64,000 nt of DNA from Cladosporium halotolerans (Eukaryota). A program made the translations under genes and the position numbers. Shown in pieces: positions 22,009 to 35,530 of the stretch. Within the stretch, counting starts at the first letter, position 1. The number at the start of each line of letters is the position of its first letter. A model generated the notes under the pieces. It worked only from the letters and a program-made list of their open reading frames with translations. It ran no database searches and was not told the origin of the DNA. The DNA is taken from NCBI RefSeq assembly GCF_011745625.1, contig NW_027191495.1, forward strand, positions 62,001-126,000. The letters run 5' to 3'.

Positions 22009-24840
22009 CGTGCGGGTGTCGTGGGATTTAAAATTGGTATGACGGAAGGCGAGGTCTGGGTGTCTACAACAATAATCTTACTTCTCGACCGCGAAAATCC
22101 ATGAAGTCTGCTTGCGCAGGGTCCGGCTGCCGGCGCCGGGCCGGAGCGACGCCATCGCGCCGGGGCCCGATCTGCCACCTGAGCCCCTCAGGTATCCATG
22201 GGTGACTCCTCAGGCACGATATCTCACATCCGCGGTCTTCGGAAGAAAAATCCCATTGCGGATGCAGGTGGAGGCCGCAGAAAAAAGCATGAGCGGCAAA
22301 TTTACCAGGTTGATCCTCGATCGATCACATGGAGCGCGCAAGTTTCGTGCTCGCTCGGATCGAGATCTCTACGGCACTTTCACCACCGCTGCGTCTGATC
22401 AGCATGTCATCGGAGGATGGACCGCCCAAATCGAGCGATGAGGGCCGTCACGTGATATGATGTTCCGCGCCCGACGGCTGAAGGTTCAGCTTGGCAAAAC
22501 GCTGTGTTTACTCGACGCGTCGACGCGTCTTTCCCCCAAAGCGCGCCGCCTCGTGCTACCCGCAGACGCCGGAAGCCCCAGAACGGCAGCTAAGGGCCAT
22601 CTGTGCGGCGTCGTTGCGACCCCAGCTGCGCAAAAGCCCTTCTGGACCCTCAAAGGGGGTAAAGAAAAAATGTTCTGTGAAGACGCCATCCCACGCACTG
22701 GGCCTCCGGGTTGTCCATGCTGCCTCCCTCCGCTGTCATGACCTGACAACCCGCCGCGCCCGCAAGGGGCCTGCGACGACGAACCCCACGCAGGCGACGC
22801 AGCCCAGCAGCCGCCGCGCCTCGGAGCGGCGATATCTGCGCCTGCGTGCCACGGGCCAATGACGCGAAAGTGCCATGACGAGCGCCGACAGCCGCAGGCT
22901 CTCGCGGGATGCGATACGGGTCGGCGGGAGTTTGAGGCTGCTGCGGCCATATCGCAGCGTGCGGCGGGCGCCCCGGCCGCCCACAAATCATGCCACAAAG
23001 AGGCGCTCAAGGCTGGCTGAGTGTCTCGCTCCCCACACGAGCTCTGGGCTAGGGCGGGCCAATGGCCAGCCAAGGAGGCGTGCTGCGTGGTGTTACGGCG
23101 CTAGCGGCGTTGCACAGGTGCAGCAGGATCCGTTTCGATGGAAAAGACGCGGTGGGGTAGCTACAGCTACCAGGTGGCGTGCCCGTCAGCTCGCCATGGA
23201 GATCGGCTCAGCCGCATGGTGAATGTCAATGTGCATACATAGCTCGAGCCGTCCCCGGCTGCGATCTGCCAGATGTGAGGCCACCACGCGAAGATTGGGG
23301 ATGACGGTGTCGGCGGGCATTGGTTTCTCTCCCATGATAGCAACTTCCAAGGCAGCGTGCCGCGGTGACGTAGAGCGCGACCTGCATCGCGTATGCAGCC
23401 TGCAATCACCGATTGCTCTGGGTCGCTGCCACGCGCCGAAGGAAGTGCAAGGACTCGAGGAGCGTCAGTGCGTGGCGAACGGCTAAGTGTGCTCACGAGC
23501 GTCGGACGCGGCCAATGGCAGCGGCGGGACAGGGCTTCGGGGACGGGTGATGCCCATGGCGCAAGATACCCTGGCAGCCAGAGGCGCGTGCCACAGTTGC
23601 TTCGGCGATTGAGGATCTGGGAAGGGGAGGGCTGCGACGCCGGCGAGGTGACGCCAGAGGCCGGCCGTCTCCAGGCGAAATGCCGGCCGGCGCCATGGAC
23701 GGTGCTAGACAGGCAGAGCGAGGGTGTCGTGGGTGCTTGGAACAATCATGTGTATGCTGCAGTGGTGACGGCATGGCAGTGCAGGCGGAGGTGGTGTCCG
23801 CGATGACGGAGGCATGAGAGGCATGAGAGGCACGAGAGGCTGCCGTTCTGGCCGACGAGCCACTCGTGCCACTACTATAGCTGGCACACGCACAGCGCGT
23901 ACCTTGCAGGCGATCAAGGCCCGCCGGGTTGCTCAGCAGCGACTGGTGGACCAGGCAGGGCGGCGCAACGGGGCTGATGGGCGGGACGGGCGCAGGTGCA
24001 GTGCCTCTTTTGGCACGATGGCAGATGCCAGGCCGGGCAAGGCGCGCAGGCGTGCGTGCCTTAGTCGAGACTCGCAGCGATATCAGCCCCGTCTCTCCGC
24101 TGCTGCCGGTGCGAGATGCATATGCAGGCCAAACGTGAGGAGGCTCAAGTGGGCGGGCGGGCGATCGACGATGCCCACCGCAGCCAGTAGAAGCGCCGGC
24201 GATGCCTCGATGCGTATCCAGAACACGACGCTGATCGCCCGGTGGAGTCCTGGGCGAACCGGCGTGCGCTTGCTTTCAAGGTTGCGCCGTTACCAAGCGC
24301 CAAACCGCTGCGCTTCGCTAACGCCGCCAGCAAGGGCATCCCCGCTCGGACGCTGCTGCACCTGTGCTGCCAGAGCAACAACACCGGCCTGGCGTGCAGC
24401 TTTCTTAACCAGACGCCCGCTCTCACCACCACTCCTCCTGCCATCCCTAACCGTCCCGGACTCGAACCCGACCGTCGACCTCGCAGCAGCTGCACCACCG
24501 CAGGCAGTCGCCGCCGCCGTCACGTGTCGTCCCACCCCGTCGGCATCGCATTCGTTTGATCCCTCTCCGACGGCACATCCACGACGACGACCTCGAGCCT
24601 CCGACGACTCCCTCCCCGAGCATCCCACCGTGGCATCTTCACCCCGACCCGCCGCATACCTACCGCCACGACCGAGCCCGTAGCTCCCTTAATACACCAC
24701 CTCAAATCTCCGACAGGCGTTGCATCCAACGCCTTCTCCACACGACATACCCGCACATTGGAGGCTTTGGATAGCTGCGTCCAATACCACGCCAGCGACC
24801 ACGATATCACCTCGCATATCATAATCCCACCACCGCAACC

Positions 24841-26722
24841 ATGGAGTTCTCCTCGCCGCTCGCTGCCATGAGGCCGCAGCCTTGTCCGACCTGGAGCAGC
24901 AGACGGGATCTGCCAATGCATCGTGCCATCTACAACTCCTGCCAGCCAATGGACTTCAGCAACTTCGACTTCAGGAACCTGAGCATGCACCAGCCGCCCA
25001 AGCCAGCTCACCGGGACTACTTCAACCTGAAGCCTTCGCGTGCATCTACGTCGTCGCCCACGTCGAGCTTAACCGCCGACTTGGACGCCAACTTCCACAT
25101 TGATAAGAGGTATGCTCCACATTCCTCGCTTCGCGTTCTAGAACATTGCTCACCACGGCAGCAGCCCGCAGGTAGCGACGCCCAGGCGTTCCCTCTTCAC
25201 GACCAATGTCATCCCTCCCGGTAACGGATTCGGTAAGTGCCAATGGCGCCTTCGTGCACTCAAGCATAGCAAGTATGGTGACGCTGACTTTGGAGGAAAG
25301 ACCACATGTGCACTCCGCCCATGGACGAAGGCACCACTCCGCCCATCCCGTCTTCCTCGCCCGGCATCGACCACATGGACGTCTCGCCGCTGCCCCACAA
25401 GCAGCCCTACTTCATGGCCCAGGTCACGCTTCCCTCACCGTCGCCTCAGGACACCCCCGACGAGCAGTCCATGTCTCACGACCACCTCTCAAACCCCACA
25501 CCTCTCGCGCAACCCGTGCAAGCCCCCAATTTTCTGCAGTTGCCTGAGTAAGTCGATATTTGCTGTCGCGATTGGACAATACTGACATCGTCCCAGACGC
25601 AAGCGCTCTGTGACTCGCCCTGGCCTCGCTCGCTCAAAGCCTTTCTCCACGAACAGCATTCCTCAGCGACCAAGCAGCGCCGAAAACTCACTGCCTCCCT
25701 TTCGTTTCGGAAATGTCGCACAGTCCAACCTCAGCAGCTCATCGACGCCCAGTCTGAGCGAAAGCCCCATCGCGGAGAACGACTCCTTCTCCATGCTCCC
25801 GCCGCCGCGACGACCCTCTGTCGGCGCCGCGAACAGGAATTCCGGCTCGCCATGTGGAGGCCATGTCCGCAAGCCCTCCAATGGCCGTCCCGCGTTCAGC
25901 CGCCCTCCCAGAAAGCAGATCCGCCGCTCGCTTAGCATGTTCCAACACCCGGACGACATCATGCGTGAGGAAGAGGAGCTGGTGCCGGCCCCGACGATGT
26001 CTTCCATGATGGAGGTCGAGCAGGAACACACTCTCAAACTCCCTCACTTCATCCCCGATAACGACGCCGATGGCCTCCCGCGCATCACTCAGGATACTAT
26101 GGCCGATATTCTTGACACGAAACACAGCAGCAAATACGAAAACGTCATCATCATCGACTGCAGATTTGAATATGAATACGAAGGCGGACACATCGAAAGT
26201 GCCGTCAACTTCAACGACAAGCAACTCCTCGCCGACGAGCTGTTCAAGAACGGCACCTCGCCCTCTGACACTCTGCTCATTTTCCACTGCGAGTATTCCG
26301 TGCACCGCGCCCCTCTCACCGCGAAGTACATTCGTAGCCACGACCGCAATGTGAACATGGAGAACTACCCCCGCTTGACCTACCCCGAAATGTACATCCT
26401 TGACGGCGGCTACAGTCGCTTCTATGGAGAACAGCCCAGCAAATGCTACCCCCAGAACTACGTCGAGATGAACGATGAGCGCCACGAGCAAGACTGTGAG
26501 CGCGGCATGGCCAAGGTCAAGTCTCGCCCCAAGCTCTCTCGCGCGCAAACCTTTGCCTTTGGCCAGGCGGGCAGCGACGACATGGAAGACTCTCCCACTG
26601 CGCAGGGCAAGAACAGCATGCGCGGTGGCATCGGGCCTAGGAGCCAGAGTTCTTTCGCCGTCAGCCCCAAAGTGGCACACAACATTGGCGCATCATTCGC
26701 GCGTCGCATGGCCTCCTACTAA
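24841..26722 (+). CDS. cdc25: M-phase inducer phosphatase Cdc25 (NimT/Mih1), multi-exon
   Basis: MEFSSPLAAM start, SPTSSLTADLDANFHID, TPRRSLF, rhodanese domain IIDCRFEYEYEGGHI and FHCEYSVHRAP (HCX5R). Confidence 0.93.
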
Positions 26723-27085
26723 AGAGGTCCCCACCATCCTTCATCACAACACACATACACCCACCGACCCGAAACATCTTCTTGCGTTGACTTTACTTTG
26801 TTGAATCCTGTTGCATTGGCGAGGAGTTCCGGATACCCCATCACATGTTGGATACTACCGACTTTCTCTGGACTGGGATCTTTGTTTACCCCGGCGCTGG
26901 GCCTTTTCTCTTCGCCCTCTTTCGGCGTTCACATCAGCGAGGAGCCACCGTGCTTTCCAGCTCCACTGCTTGTTTTATCTTCTTTTGGACCAGCATGGCG
27001 CTTTTTCTGTTTTCCGTTATATACCCAATGGCATCCCACGGAATGGGACCTTGGACTTTGGGAGTCGACATGTTTGCGACTGAGC

Positions 27086-27109
27086 TTGATTGATTGATTG
27101 ATTGATTGA
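27086..27109 (+). repeat. (TTGA)6 microsatellite downstream of cdc25
   Basis: Read directly. Confidence 0.9.
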
Positions 27110-29405
27110 CTGATACACTTTTTTTGGGGCATGGGGAGGACTTTTGACGCATCTCCTTTGTTATACTATCTCCCTCATCCCGGTTGAGCGCATAGAAAGC
27201 CGCCGCCGCAATAGCTACTTAACAGCCGTCGAAAAGAATCGAACGCAAGAAAGCTTAACCAAACAAACAATCTTCCGCATTCCTCCCGAACCAAAAAGTC
27301 TCCTAACTTCCGCCTTAACGCGCTTCCTCTAATTGCCTTTGCCTCTCTCGCAGCCATATCCTTGACAACCTTCAGCTGCCGCCCGTTCTCGCCCGCTCTG
27401 CAAGCGTGCGCTGTCAACCCTGCGCCTATCTGCGCCTCCAAAAACCGCCCTACCCGAACTCTATCCCAATTCGGCAGTCAGACAACAAAAACATCTCGAC
27501 TCCACTTCCAAGTCCCGACAAAGCACGCAAACAAGATGCGCACGCGCATAATACCCACATTTTACCAAACCGGACGCCTGAGCCAAAGAGGAGCGCCCTC
27601 CGCGATCGCCATGCGCAATCGCGCAACCCCAACATTACCATTACCATCTCACACAATCGGAACATGTACCTACCTCATCGACGTCCCCGATCCCCACCCA
27701 CCGACGGCGCGCCTCCGTCTCTCCCACCATCCTTCCCAGCAGCTCGGGCTGTCTCGCTTCGGCCTAACTAACAACCAACACTGACGTGACGCCACCCGAG
27801 AGAGACGCAGAGACACCGCTACTGCACCCAATTATAACAAACGTCGCTTTAATCCCCACCCCAATCCCCAACCCCACGGCCGCTCGCTCGCTCGCCCCGC
27901 AACGGCTCGCTCAGGCGATGCGTTGAGGAAACCCATTATTATCGGGACGGACGGGGCGACTGACTCGGCTGACTCTGTAAGCTTCGCTACGGCATTAGAG
28001 GATTATGCGCCCTGCGGGCGGGTGTTTTTTTGTTGTTGTTGTTTGTTTGCTTCTCTCGCAGAAACGGACGTGCCGTGCAAGCGGGCTGGCAGGCAGGCGC
28101 AGGGCGCATGGCGATCGCGATCGCGATCGAAGCCAATTCCACTCGGCTTTGACGGTTGGTGAGGCGGTTGATTATTATTTTCCGATCGGCTGGGCGGTTG
28201 CGAAAACGGCGGGAGGGTAAAGTCACATCAGGGCAGGGCAGGGCGAGGCAGGGAAATGCAGGTGTGAATAAGGTCCTGTCTGAAGGCTCAGGAGACGGCG
28301 AGCCGAATCTGCCAACCGCCACAGAACGCCTTCCTTCCCGTGTGTCTGCACGCTTGCCTGCCGCTGCGACAGTCTCAGCGGGACCGTTGTCTCGTCTCCT
28401 GCCTTGCCTGACTGACTACCGTTCCCGTCCGTTGGATGTCTTGCGTGCGGGCTCAAGGGTGGTCGGTGATGTCAGTCAGGCGACTGCCGTTCTAATGTGC
28501 GAGTCTAATGCTGAGAGGAAAAGGGCTGAGACAAAGTCACGCTGTGCAGAAGGGGGACGGTAGACCTCGGAGATGGAGGTGAGTCCGGCGGGTGAGACAA
28601 GCGAGACGAGACCGTTTCGCTGGTGAAGAGGGGATGGGCGAGAGGGGTTCAGTTGCGAGGGCGTGGGGATCGATGGATGGGGTTGGGCATCGCGTGCTTG
28701 ATGTACAATAAGGTGTCGTGAGGAGGATAGGGACAGTGACAGCAATTGCGCGTACGCGCCAGGCGCTGCGATTGGGATGTGTTGTGCTCTCAGCTGCTTC
28801 TAGGTACTGATCAGACCTGTAGCTACCGTCACTCTGCAATACATCCATAGCCAGGACCATTCATCGAATTCACTGCGGCCTGCGATCGATCGAGGCCTTT
28901 TCCTAGAGCAAATGCAACTGACACCTTTCATGAACATCATGGTCATCGCCATCGCCCTTGAAGAGAATCACATCGCGTCACGCTGTCTCGCCTTGTCTCC
29001 CATCACCCAGCAGCACGCCTCTTCAGTCGGTACCAGACTGTGGACTCGTGACTCGCCAAGGGATACTATTCTCGCGTTGCCGAAAACATCGATTCCACCA
29101 CGCGTGACAACAAGGGTCGGCAGGCGCAAGAGAGACACAAAGATCTCAGTCGCGTCGTCACCGTCCGCCCAATCCGCGATGTCGCAGTTCCAACCGTGAA
29201 TCCAGCTCAGAACCCCTCCCGTGCCAAAAGCGAATCGTTTTCGATGCCATCGATCGGAAAGTGAGAGAACAGACAATCCCAGAATCGTATTCGTTCCCGC
29301 TGTAGTCACCAAAACGCCGCCCGCATGCCATGCTCGCTGAAACCCGCCTTCCAAGACGCCGATGCTGATAGTAAACAAACAAGGAAATAGGACGGTCCGG
29401 CGGAA

Positions 29406-32163
29406 TCAAGCGAGGTATCTGTAGCTGGGCACGGGGGCGTCGTCGATGCGCTCGAGGTACTCGCGCTCGATGAGCGACTCGACCTTCTTCTTGATCATGG
29501 CGACGTCGGGCTTGAACTGCGCGGACAGCTGGGAGATGGTTTCATTCAGAAGGGAGGTGTGGGCGAGTTCTTTGCGTTGTCTGTGAGAGTGTTAGCGAAC
29601 CTCTTGTTCGAAAGGAAGAGCTGCATGACGTACTTCATGATCCTGACGATGGCAGCCTCGACAGCGAACCCGCGCGAGTCGTTGTTCTTCTTCTCTGTCT
29701 CCTTGCGCTCGCGGTCGCCCTCGACCTTGTTGCCGGCGCTGACAACGCCGACCTTGATCTTGACGAACTGCGACTTGAAGTTGTCGTTGAAAGTGAAGCG
29801 GTCGCCCGGCTTGACGTCTCGACTCATGGGCTCCTTGACGAGGAAGCGGGTCTTGGGCGCAACGGCGAGCGACTGCAGGTTGCGCGCCAAGTCGTTGGGC
29901 GGGATGTTTGTGCGAGCCTGGATTTCCTCGAGCGAGATGGAGGCGCCGGCGGGCAGGTCGTTGAAGAGCAGCAGGATGAGCATGGCGTACGTGCTGCAGT
30001 TGACCTCGTGCGTGCGCGGCTTGCCATCCTTGCCGCCGTTGGGGAAGGTCGCTTTGATGTCGGCGTCGCCCATGTTGGAGAGCCAAGTGAGGCAGCGGCC
30101 GGAGTGCTTTTCGTTGTAGTAGCGTTCGAAGCCCATCTTGACCCGCTCTACTTGCGGCGGGAAGACGACTTGCGTTTTTCCGCTTTCGTTGGCCTGATCG
30201 GATGTTTGGCCTCCTCGGAAGGCTTCCAGCGGCCAAGTCATCGAAGTCAGTACGTTGATGCTGAGGTCCACGCGCTTCGGATCCGCCTGACCAAGGCTGT
30301 TGATATAGTTGCGGTAGCCGTTTGTCAACTCTTCCGATAGTGTCATATCCTTGAACATGGCTTCCAGTTTGAGCGTGAACGAGTTTCCGAGCTCGATCTT
30401 CATGCGAGAAATCATCTGCTTCTCGACGTCGATGCTCTGACTCTTGTTCAGCAGCAGACGCTTGCAGAGATGCTTCTTGTAGTATGTCTCGAAAATGTCC
30501 TTGTCCTGCAGGTAGCGCAGCAAAAGGATAGCCTTTTCGAGTGTCTGATCGATCTCGGCTTGCGTCTTGTTCCTGATGCCCTTCTTCATGTTTTCGTCGA
30601 TGTATAGTGAAATGTACTCGCTGCCACGATTGAAAGCATTTATGACATCGGCCATGCTTCGGTTAAGAGCCACCTGAAGTGTCTGATCTTCCTCGAAAGC
30701 CTTCTTCCAAATACCATCGAATCGATCCTTGAGCGCAAGAACGTCCTCCACCCATTTCAGCGCTGCCACAGTTTGCTGGTTAATTTTAGCCGCACTACTG
30801 GCGGGCTTTGATTTCTCTCCCTCCTTCTCTGCCAGCGCTGCAGCTGGAGGCGGAGCAGTCGATGCGGCAATAGCTGCATTGTTGATATTGGTGCCCATTT
30901 CTGTGATGATTTTCTGCATGGCGCGAGTAAGTTCCGACTTCTTCGGATCCACACGGGCTTCCAGATCAAAGACCAGGCTGAGCTCCTGCAACTTGTCGTT
31001 GTCAACCATGTATTGCACTCCACTATCCATTTCGATCAGGCCCTTCATCTTATGCCTAATGAGCTCATCTTCCACGACCCGCTGGATTTTTGGCGTAGTG
31101 CTCTCGGACAAGGTCGATCTGCAGCGGTCGTGCTCCTCATCGATTCGCCGCTTCGCATGCCTGCAATATGTGCCTGCATCTGACTCTTTCATCAACCGCT
31201 CACCCTCCTCGCGGTAGAAGGCTGCGCTTGTGCCCAGAAAGTCCTGCTCGAACGACTGGAGGTACAGCTTCTCATCCTCGACTTCCTGTTCCGACTCATA
31301 CAAGCCCTCGAGCATGTAGATGTTGGCTTTGATCAGATGTGGGTTGATCGCTTCGCCGTCGCGGTCCATTTGTATTTGGTCGAGAATGATGCGCTTGAGG
31401 ATGTCCAAAAGGGTGGGCAAATCGGTCTTGACTGGCGTTCGAAGGATTTGGTCTCGGAAAAGGCCCATTGACTTGGCGAAAATTGATGGTTGTCTGTGAT
31501 CGGTACAATACACGCGATCCTGCGGCTCTTATCAGTTATGCCTGCTGCCTAATGTAGGCATAAAGCTTCACTCACCATGTACATCAATACGTCCGTCAAC
31601 ATGCCCATACAGACCTGGTGGTCGTCCCACGCCTCCTTGAGTGCCTTGAGGAAGACCTCGCCCGATATTCTCTTTTCCGCAGTGGACTCTAACGACCGAC
31701 CGGACGCGTCGAGCACCATAAGCGGCGGCGTCAGCAGCCGTGTGATCTGAAGGCGGACATTTTCTCCCAGCCACTGCTCCTCAAACTTTGCCACCTTGGC
31801 ATAGAGCTCATCTCCTTTCTTTTTAAGCACGATCTTGTAGGCGTTGCGGTAGAGCTCCTCGAACGACAAGGCTGAAGCATTTTTTGTGTGGATTTCGCGG
31901 AATGCGCGCTCGAGGACGGCCCAGGTGGTTTCGAAGTCGACGTCGGCGCTCGCTAGACCCTTGCGACGGATAGGCATGTTAGCTGTTTGTACCTTTCGTG
32001 CTGAGTGCAGGCACATGTTGAAATGAGCTTGCGACTGGGTGGTGCGAATATTCCTCGCCTAGGTGTGGGTGCAAGTTGTGGCAATTCAAGGCAAGTAACG
32101 ACAGCGACTTACCCTGCGAGGCGGTCTAATCTTTCCCCTCCCTCTGCCCGCCAGCGACGACAT
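29406..32163 (-). CDS. CUL3: Cullin-3, 4 exons
   Basis: MSSLAGRGRGKIRPPRR; KNASALSFEELYRNAYKIVLKKKG; DKDIFETYYKKHLCKRLL; VEAAIVRIMK neddylation site; SLIEREYLER..YRYLA. Confidence 0.95.
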
Positions 32164-32613
32164 GTCCTCTTGCTGTTGCTGTCCGTTCCTTGCGCGAAGT
32201 GAAGCAAACGTGTTTCACTTCGCTGGCGTCTGGCTTTTGGCGGGGCTGTCACATGTAAGAGCGGCTGTGTGGAATGACGTCGCGTGGCGCGTTTCTCGGC
32301 GGTGTTTGCGGGATGCGGGGGGTTGGATGGAGCAAAGAAATTGTTGGGAGACAAGCGACGGACTGTGGCAAGCACACGGCGACGGCAAAGGTGGTTTGGT
32401 GTGTGGTGCGTGTCGGCGGAGGTGAGAACAGGACGGATTCGGCGTGGTCGGCGGCCAGCTGCCACAGGGCTGAGCGCGGCTCTGAAGGGACTCCAGAATG
32501 ACGCCGCTTTGGGTGGAGCGTGCGCTCTTTGGCGATTCGCATTCCAGTCGCTGCATACTCTGCCAGCCTCTCTTCACTGCCGCATGCACAGTACACGCCC
32601 GCACTCAGTAACA

Positions 32614-33230
32614 ATGAATTCTTCCACAGCCCTCCGCGCTCTCTCCCGCGCCTCGCAACAGACACTGCGCCCGCGCCTCGGCCTGCAACGCACCTTCGCC
32701 GCGCCTCCAGTTCTCCTGCGCAAACCTCTCCAAGCACCACAAGCATCTCCTGTGCGCCTCGGCATTCGCTTCCACAGCACCGACGACACCACATCCCGCC
32801 CGCCCAAGCCTTTGACCGACCGGGATGGGCTCTCACCAGAGGCCGTGCAATCAGACAAAGACGCCATCGCCGCGCGCAAAGCCCAGCAGCCCTCCTACGA
32901 GTTGACATTCACCTGCAAGAAGTGTCTGGACCGCTCGTCGCACCGCATCACCAAGCAGGCGTATCACTTCGGCACAGTGCTTGTCAACTGCCCGGGCTGC
33001 AAGAGCAGGCATCTGATTGCCGACCACATGAAGGTTTGTTTCGCCGGACGCTTTACTCTCGGCGCCATAGTGCTAACAACTTAATGCAGATCTTCTCGGA
33101 CACAAGCGTCACCATCGAGGATATCATGAAAGAGAAGGGCGAGTTCATCCAGAAGGGCTCGCTTGGAGCTGATGGCGATGTCGAGTTCTACGATGCTTCG
33201 AGCATCGAGGATCCTCAGAAGCCGACTTGA
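32614..33230 (+). CDS. ZIM17: Mitochondrial Hsp70 escort, DNL zinc finger; intron approx. 33034-33089
   Basis: YELTFTCKKC..HRITKQAYHFGTVLVNCPGCKSRHLIADHM; presequence. Confidence 0.92.
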
Positions 33231-33570
33231 AAGACGAACAACTTCGCGTCTTGAAACCAAGTGTCACCCACAGCGGAAGATGCCATACGCAGAAGTGAAA
33301 GTCAAGACACCGCGGTGTGCTTTCGACAGAATACATGCGACATATGCCTCCTAAGAGAAGTGAGGCTTCATCTTGCATCGCAAAGATATAGGATACATAA
33401 TATACAACCCAGGGGTATATCGCGCCTGGCCACCGGATCTCCACGATCTCGAGGCCCTAATTGTACATACAGGCAAATCGCCAAACCGGTCTCCCTCACG
33501 CAGGGAAGCGTCGAAAGACGCGGGTCGCTAAACCGAGACCGACCCAAAAATGCAAAAAGATCTTCACTCT

Positions 33571-34656
33571 TCACCGCAAAGCCTCCTCTTTGGACACGTC
33601 CGCTTTCCTTCTCAATCCAACAAAATAGCTCTCCCTGCTCTCTTTCCTCGACGAGTCGGGCTTGATCCTGTGCACCTTCTCGAAAAGCCTCTTCAACCTG
33701 TTCTCTAGATCCTTGTCTTCGGGACCTTGGTAAAACTTGCACAGAAAGTGTCCGCCGGTCCGCAGGCAGTCGTGGCAGAATGTCAAAGCCGCCATGCAAA
33801 GATCCTAACGCAACCAACATGTCAGCAAAAAACGCAACGATGCAACACAATCGCCAAAGCAACAACATACAATCGACCCCACGTGATCCCTAAACGGGTT
33901 CCCGGATGTGTTCATCATCCTGCGATACGGGCGGTTAACGCTGTTGATCCACGTGCTGAGCTCGAGGCCGGGGAAGGGCGCGCACATGTCCGACAGCACG
34001 ACGTCCACCACGCGGCCGTGCAGCAGGTCCGCCTCCCTCGCAGCAGACACCCTTTTCTCGCCGTCTCCCTCTTCCGCCTCCTCCCCTACCTCCTCAACCC
34101 CCCTCCCGCTCTCCAGCACACTCCCCTCCCCACCCCGCCCCTTCCCGCCCCTCCACTCCCTCACAAACTCCCTCACCCGCCCCTGCACCCCCTCGCTCAA
34201 AAAGTCCCCCTGCAACGCGCTCACGCCCCTCGGCGGCATGGCGGGTATGACATCGATGCCGACCACCCGCCCCCCATCCCCAACGCGATTCCGCGCGACC
34301 TGGCTCCAGGACCCGGGCGCGTAGCCGAGGTCGACGACGGACTGGCCGGGCGCGAAGAGGCGGTGCCGGGCGTCGATCTCGAGCAGCTTGTACGCGGCGC
34401 GGGATTTGAGGGCGCTGAGCTTGGAGGATTTGGTGTAGGGGTCGGAGGTTTGGCGGGTGCGCCAGCGCGTGCTGCTGGAGCTGCTTGAGGGGCGGTGGGG
34501 TTGGAGGGGCAGGGGTGTTGGTGGCGGTGGTGGTGGTGTGGAGAGGAGGAGGGGGAAGGCGGCGCGGGCGCATTTTGCTGTTGTTGGGGTTGAGGTTGGC
34601 AGTGGTAGTGGTGTTGCTCGGAAGAGGGACCGCGCGCAGAGCGGTCGCGCGGACAT
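33571..34656 (-). CDS. MRM2: Mitochondrial LSU rRNA 2'-O-methyltransferase (FtsJ/RrmJ family); one intron
   Basis: KSRAAYKLLEID, VVDLGYAPGSWSQ, VVLSDMCAP, FLCKFYQG, KPDSSRKESRESY (K-D-K-E tetrad). Confidence 0.9.
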
Positions 34657-35530
34657 TTGGAATGGTATATGAGGCGCGCCTTTGCAGGCGCGGATTGTAT
34701 GTACAGTTCCAGACGATGGTATCTTTGAAGTTAGCAAGCATCCAGTCGGCGTTCGAACAACGAGAAGTTCCACGCACGGACCACCTAGACTTTCCTCTTC
34801 GGGTGCCGAGGCGCTTCCTCTTCTGGCGGGCGTGCAGGGGTTACGTGAGTATGATCGCTCGATCGCAGATGCATAGATACGAGGGCTGGTTCCGAGGGAG
34901 GTGTGATTAGGCGGGTTTGTCGTCTCTTGCTATTCACACTTCGACAGTCAGCTGTGCGAGAGCGAGTCTGCGCCTCGGAGTCAGTCCGCTGCCATCTCGT
35001 CTCCGCGTGAGAGCCGCTGATGAACGACGTGCGACCATTCGGCGGAGGGAGACTTTCAGCAGACGGCCCTGGCTCCGCGGTCCAGAGCCTGAGACGTGCT
35101 CCATGCTCCATGCTCCCGCGGTGAGAATCAAAACGAGGCTGAAGGCCGGTTGGAATTTTTGTCACATTCTCTCATCTCATCTCCTCCTTCGCTACTGCTA
35201 ACGATACTAAGGTAGAAGTACAGCGATCTCCCATAGCCTCTTTTCGAAGCGCGCAAGTGAACCGCGAAGTTGTTCCAATCTTTTTCGAACCCGGAGAGCG
35301 AGAATAAATGGTCAAAAGTAAAAGCAGCAAAAGCTGAAAACATGGGGACAAGGGGTATCTTAAACTCTCTTCCCAAAGCAAAGAGAACTGAAAGAACAAA
35401 TGGCAATGCGCTCGCCTCCAGTTTGTGAACAAAAGGAAACATGAAGAGTCCGCGCAGATGTTGAAGATCATCCGACGTACCCTGGTCGACACGACGTCCG
35501 AACGTCAGGTGCAGGGATAGAGAGCTCGTG

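Noticed and set aside
22112..24683. Many Arg/Ala/Pro-rich ORFs between POL5 and cdc25
   Set aside because: Expected in GC-rich non-coding DNA; present in all frames with no consistent bias
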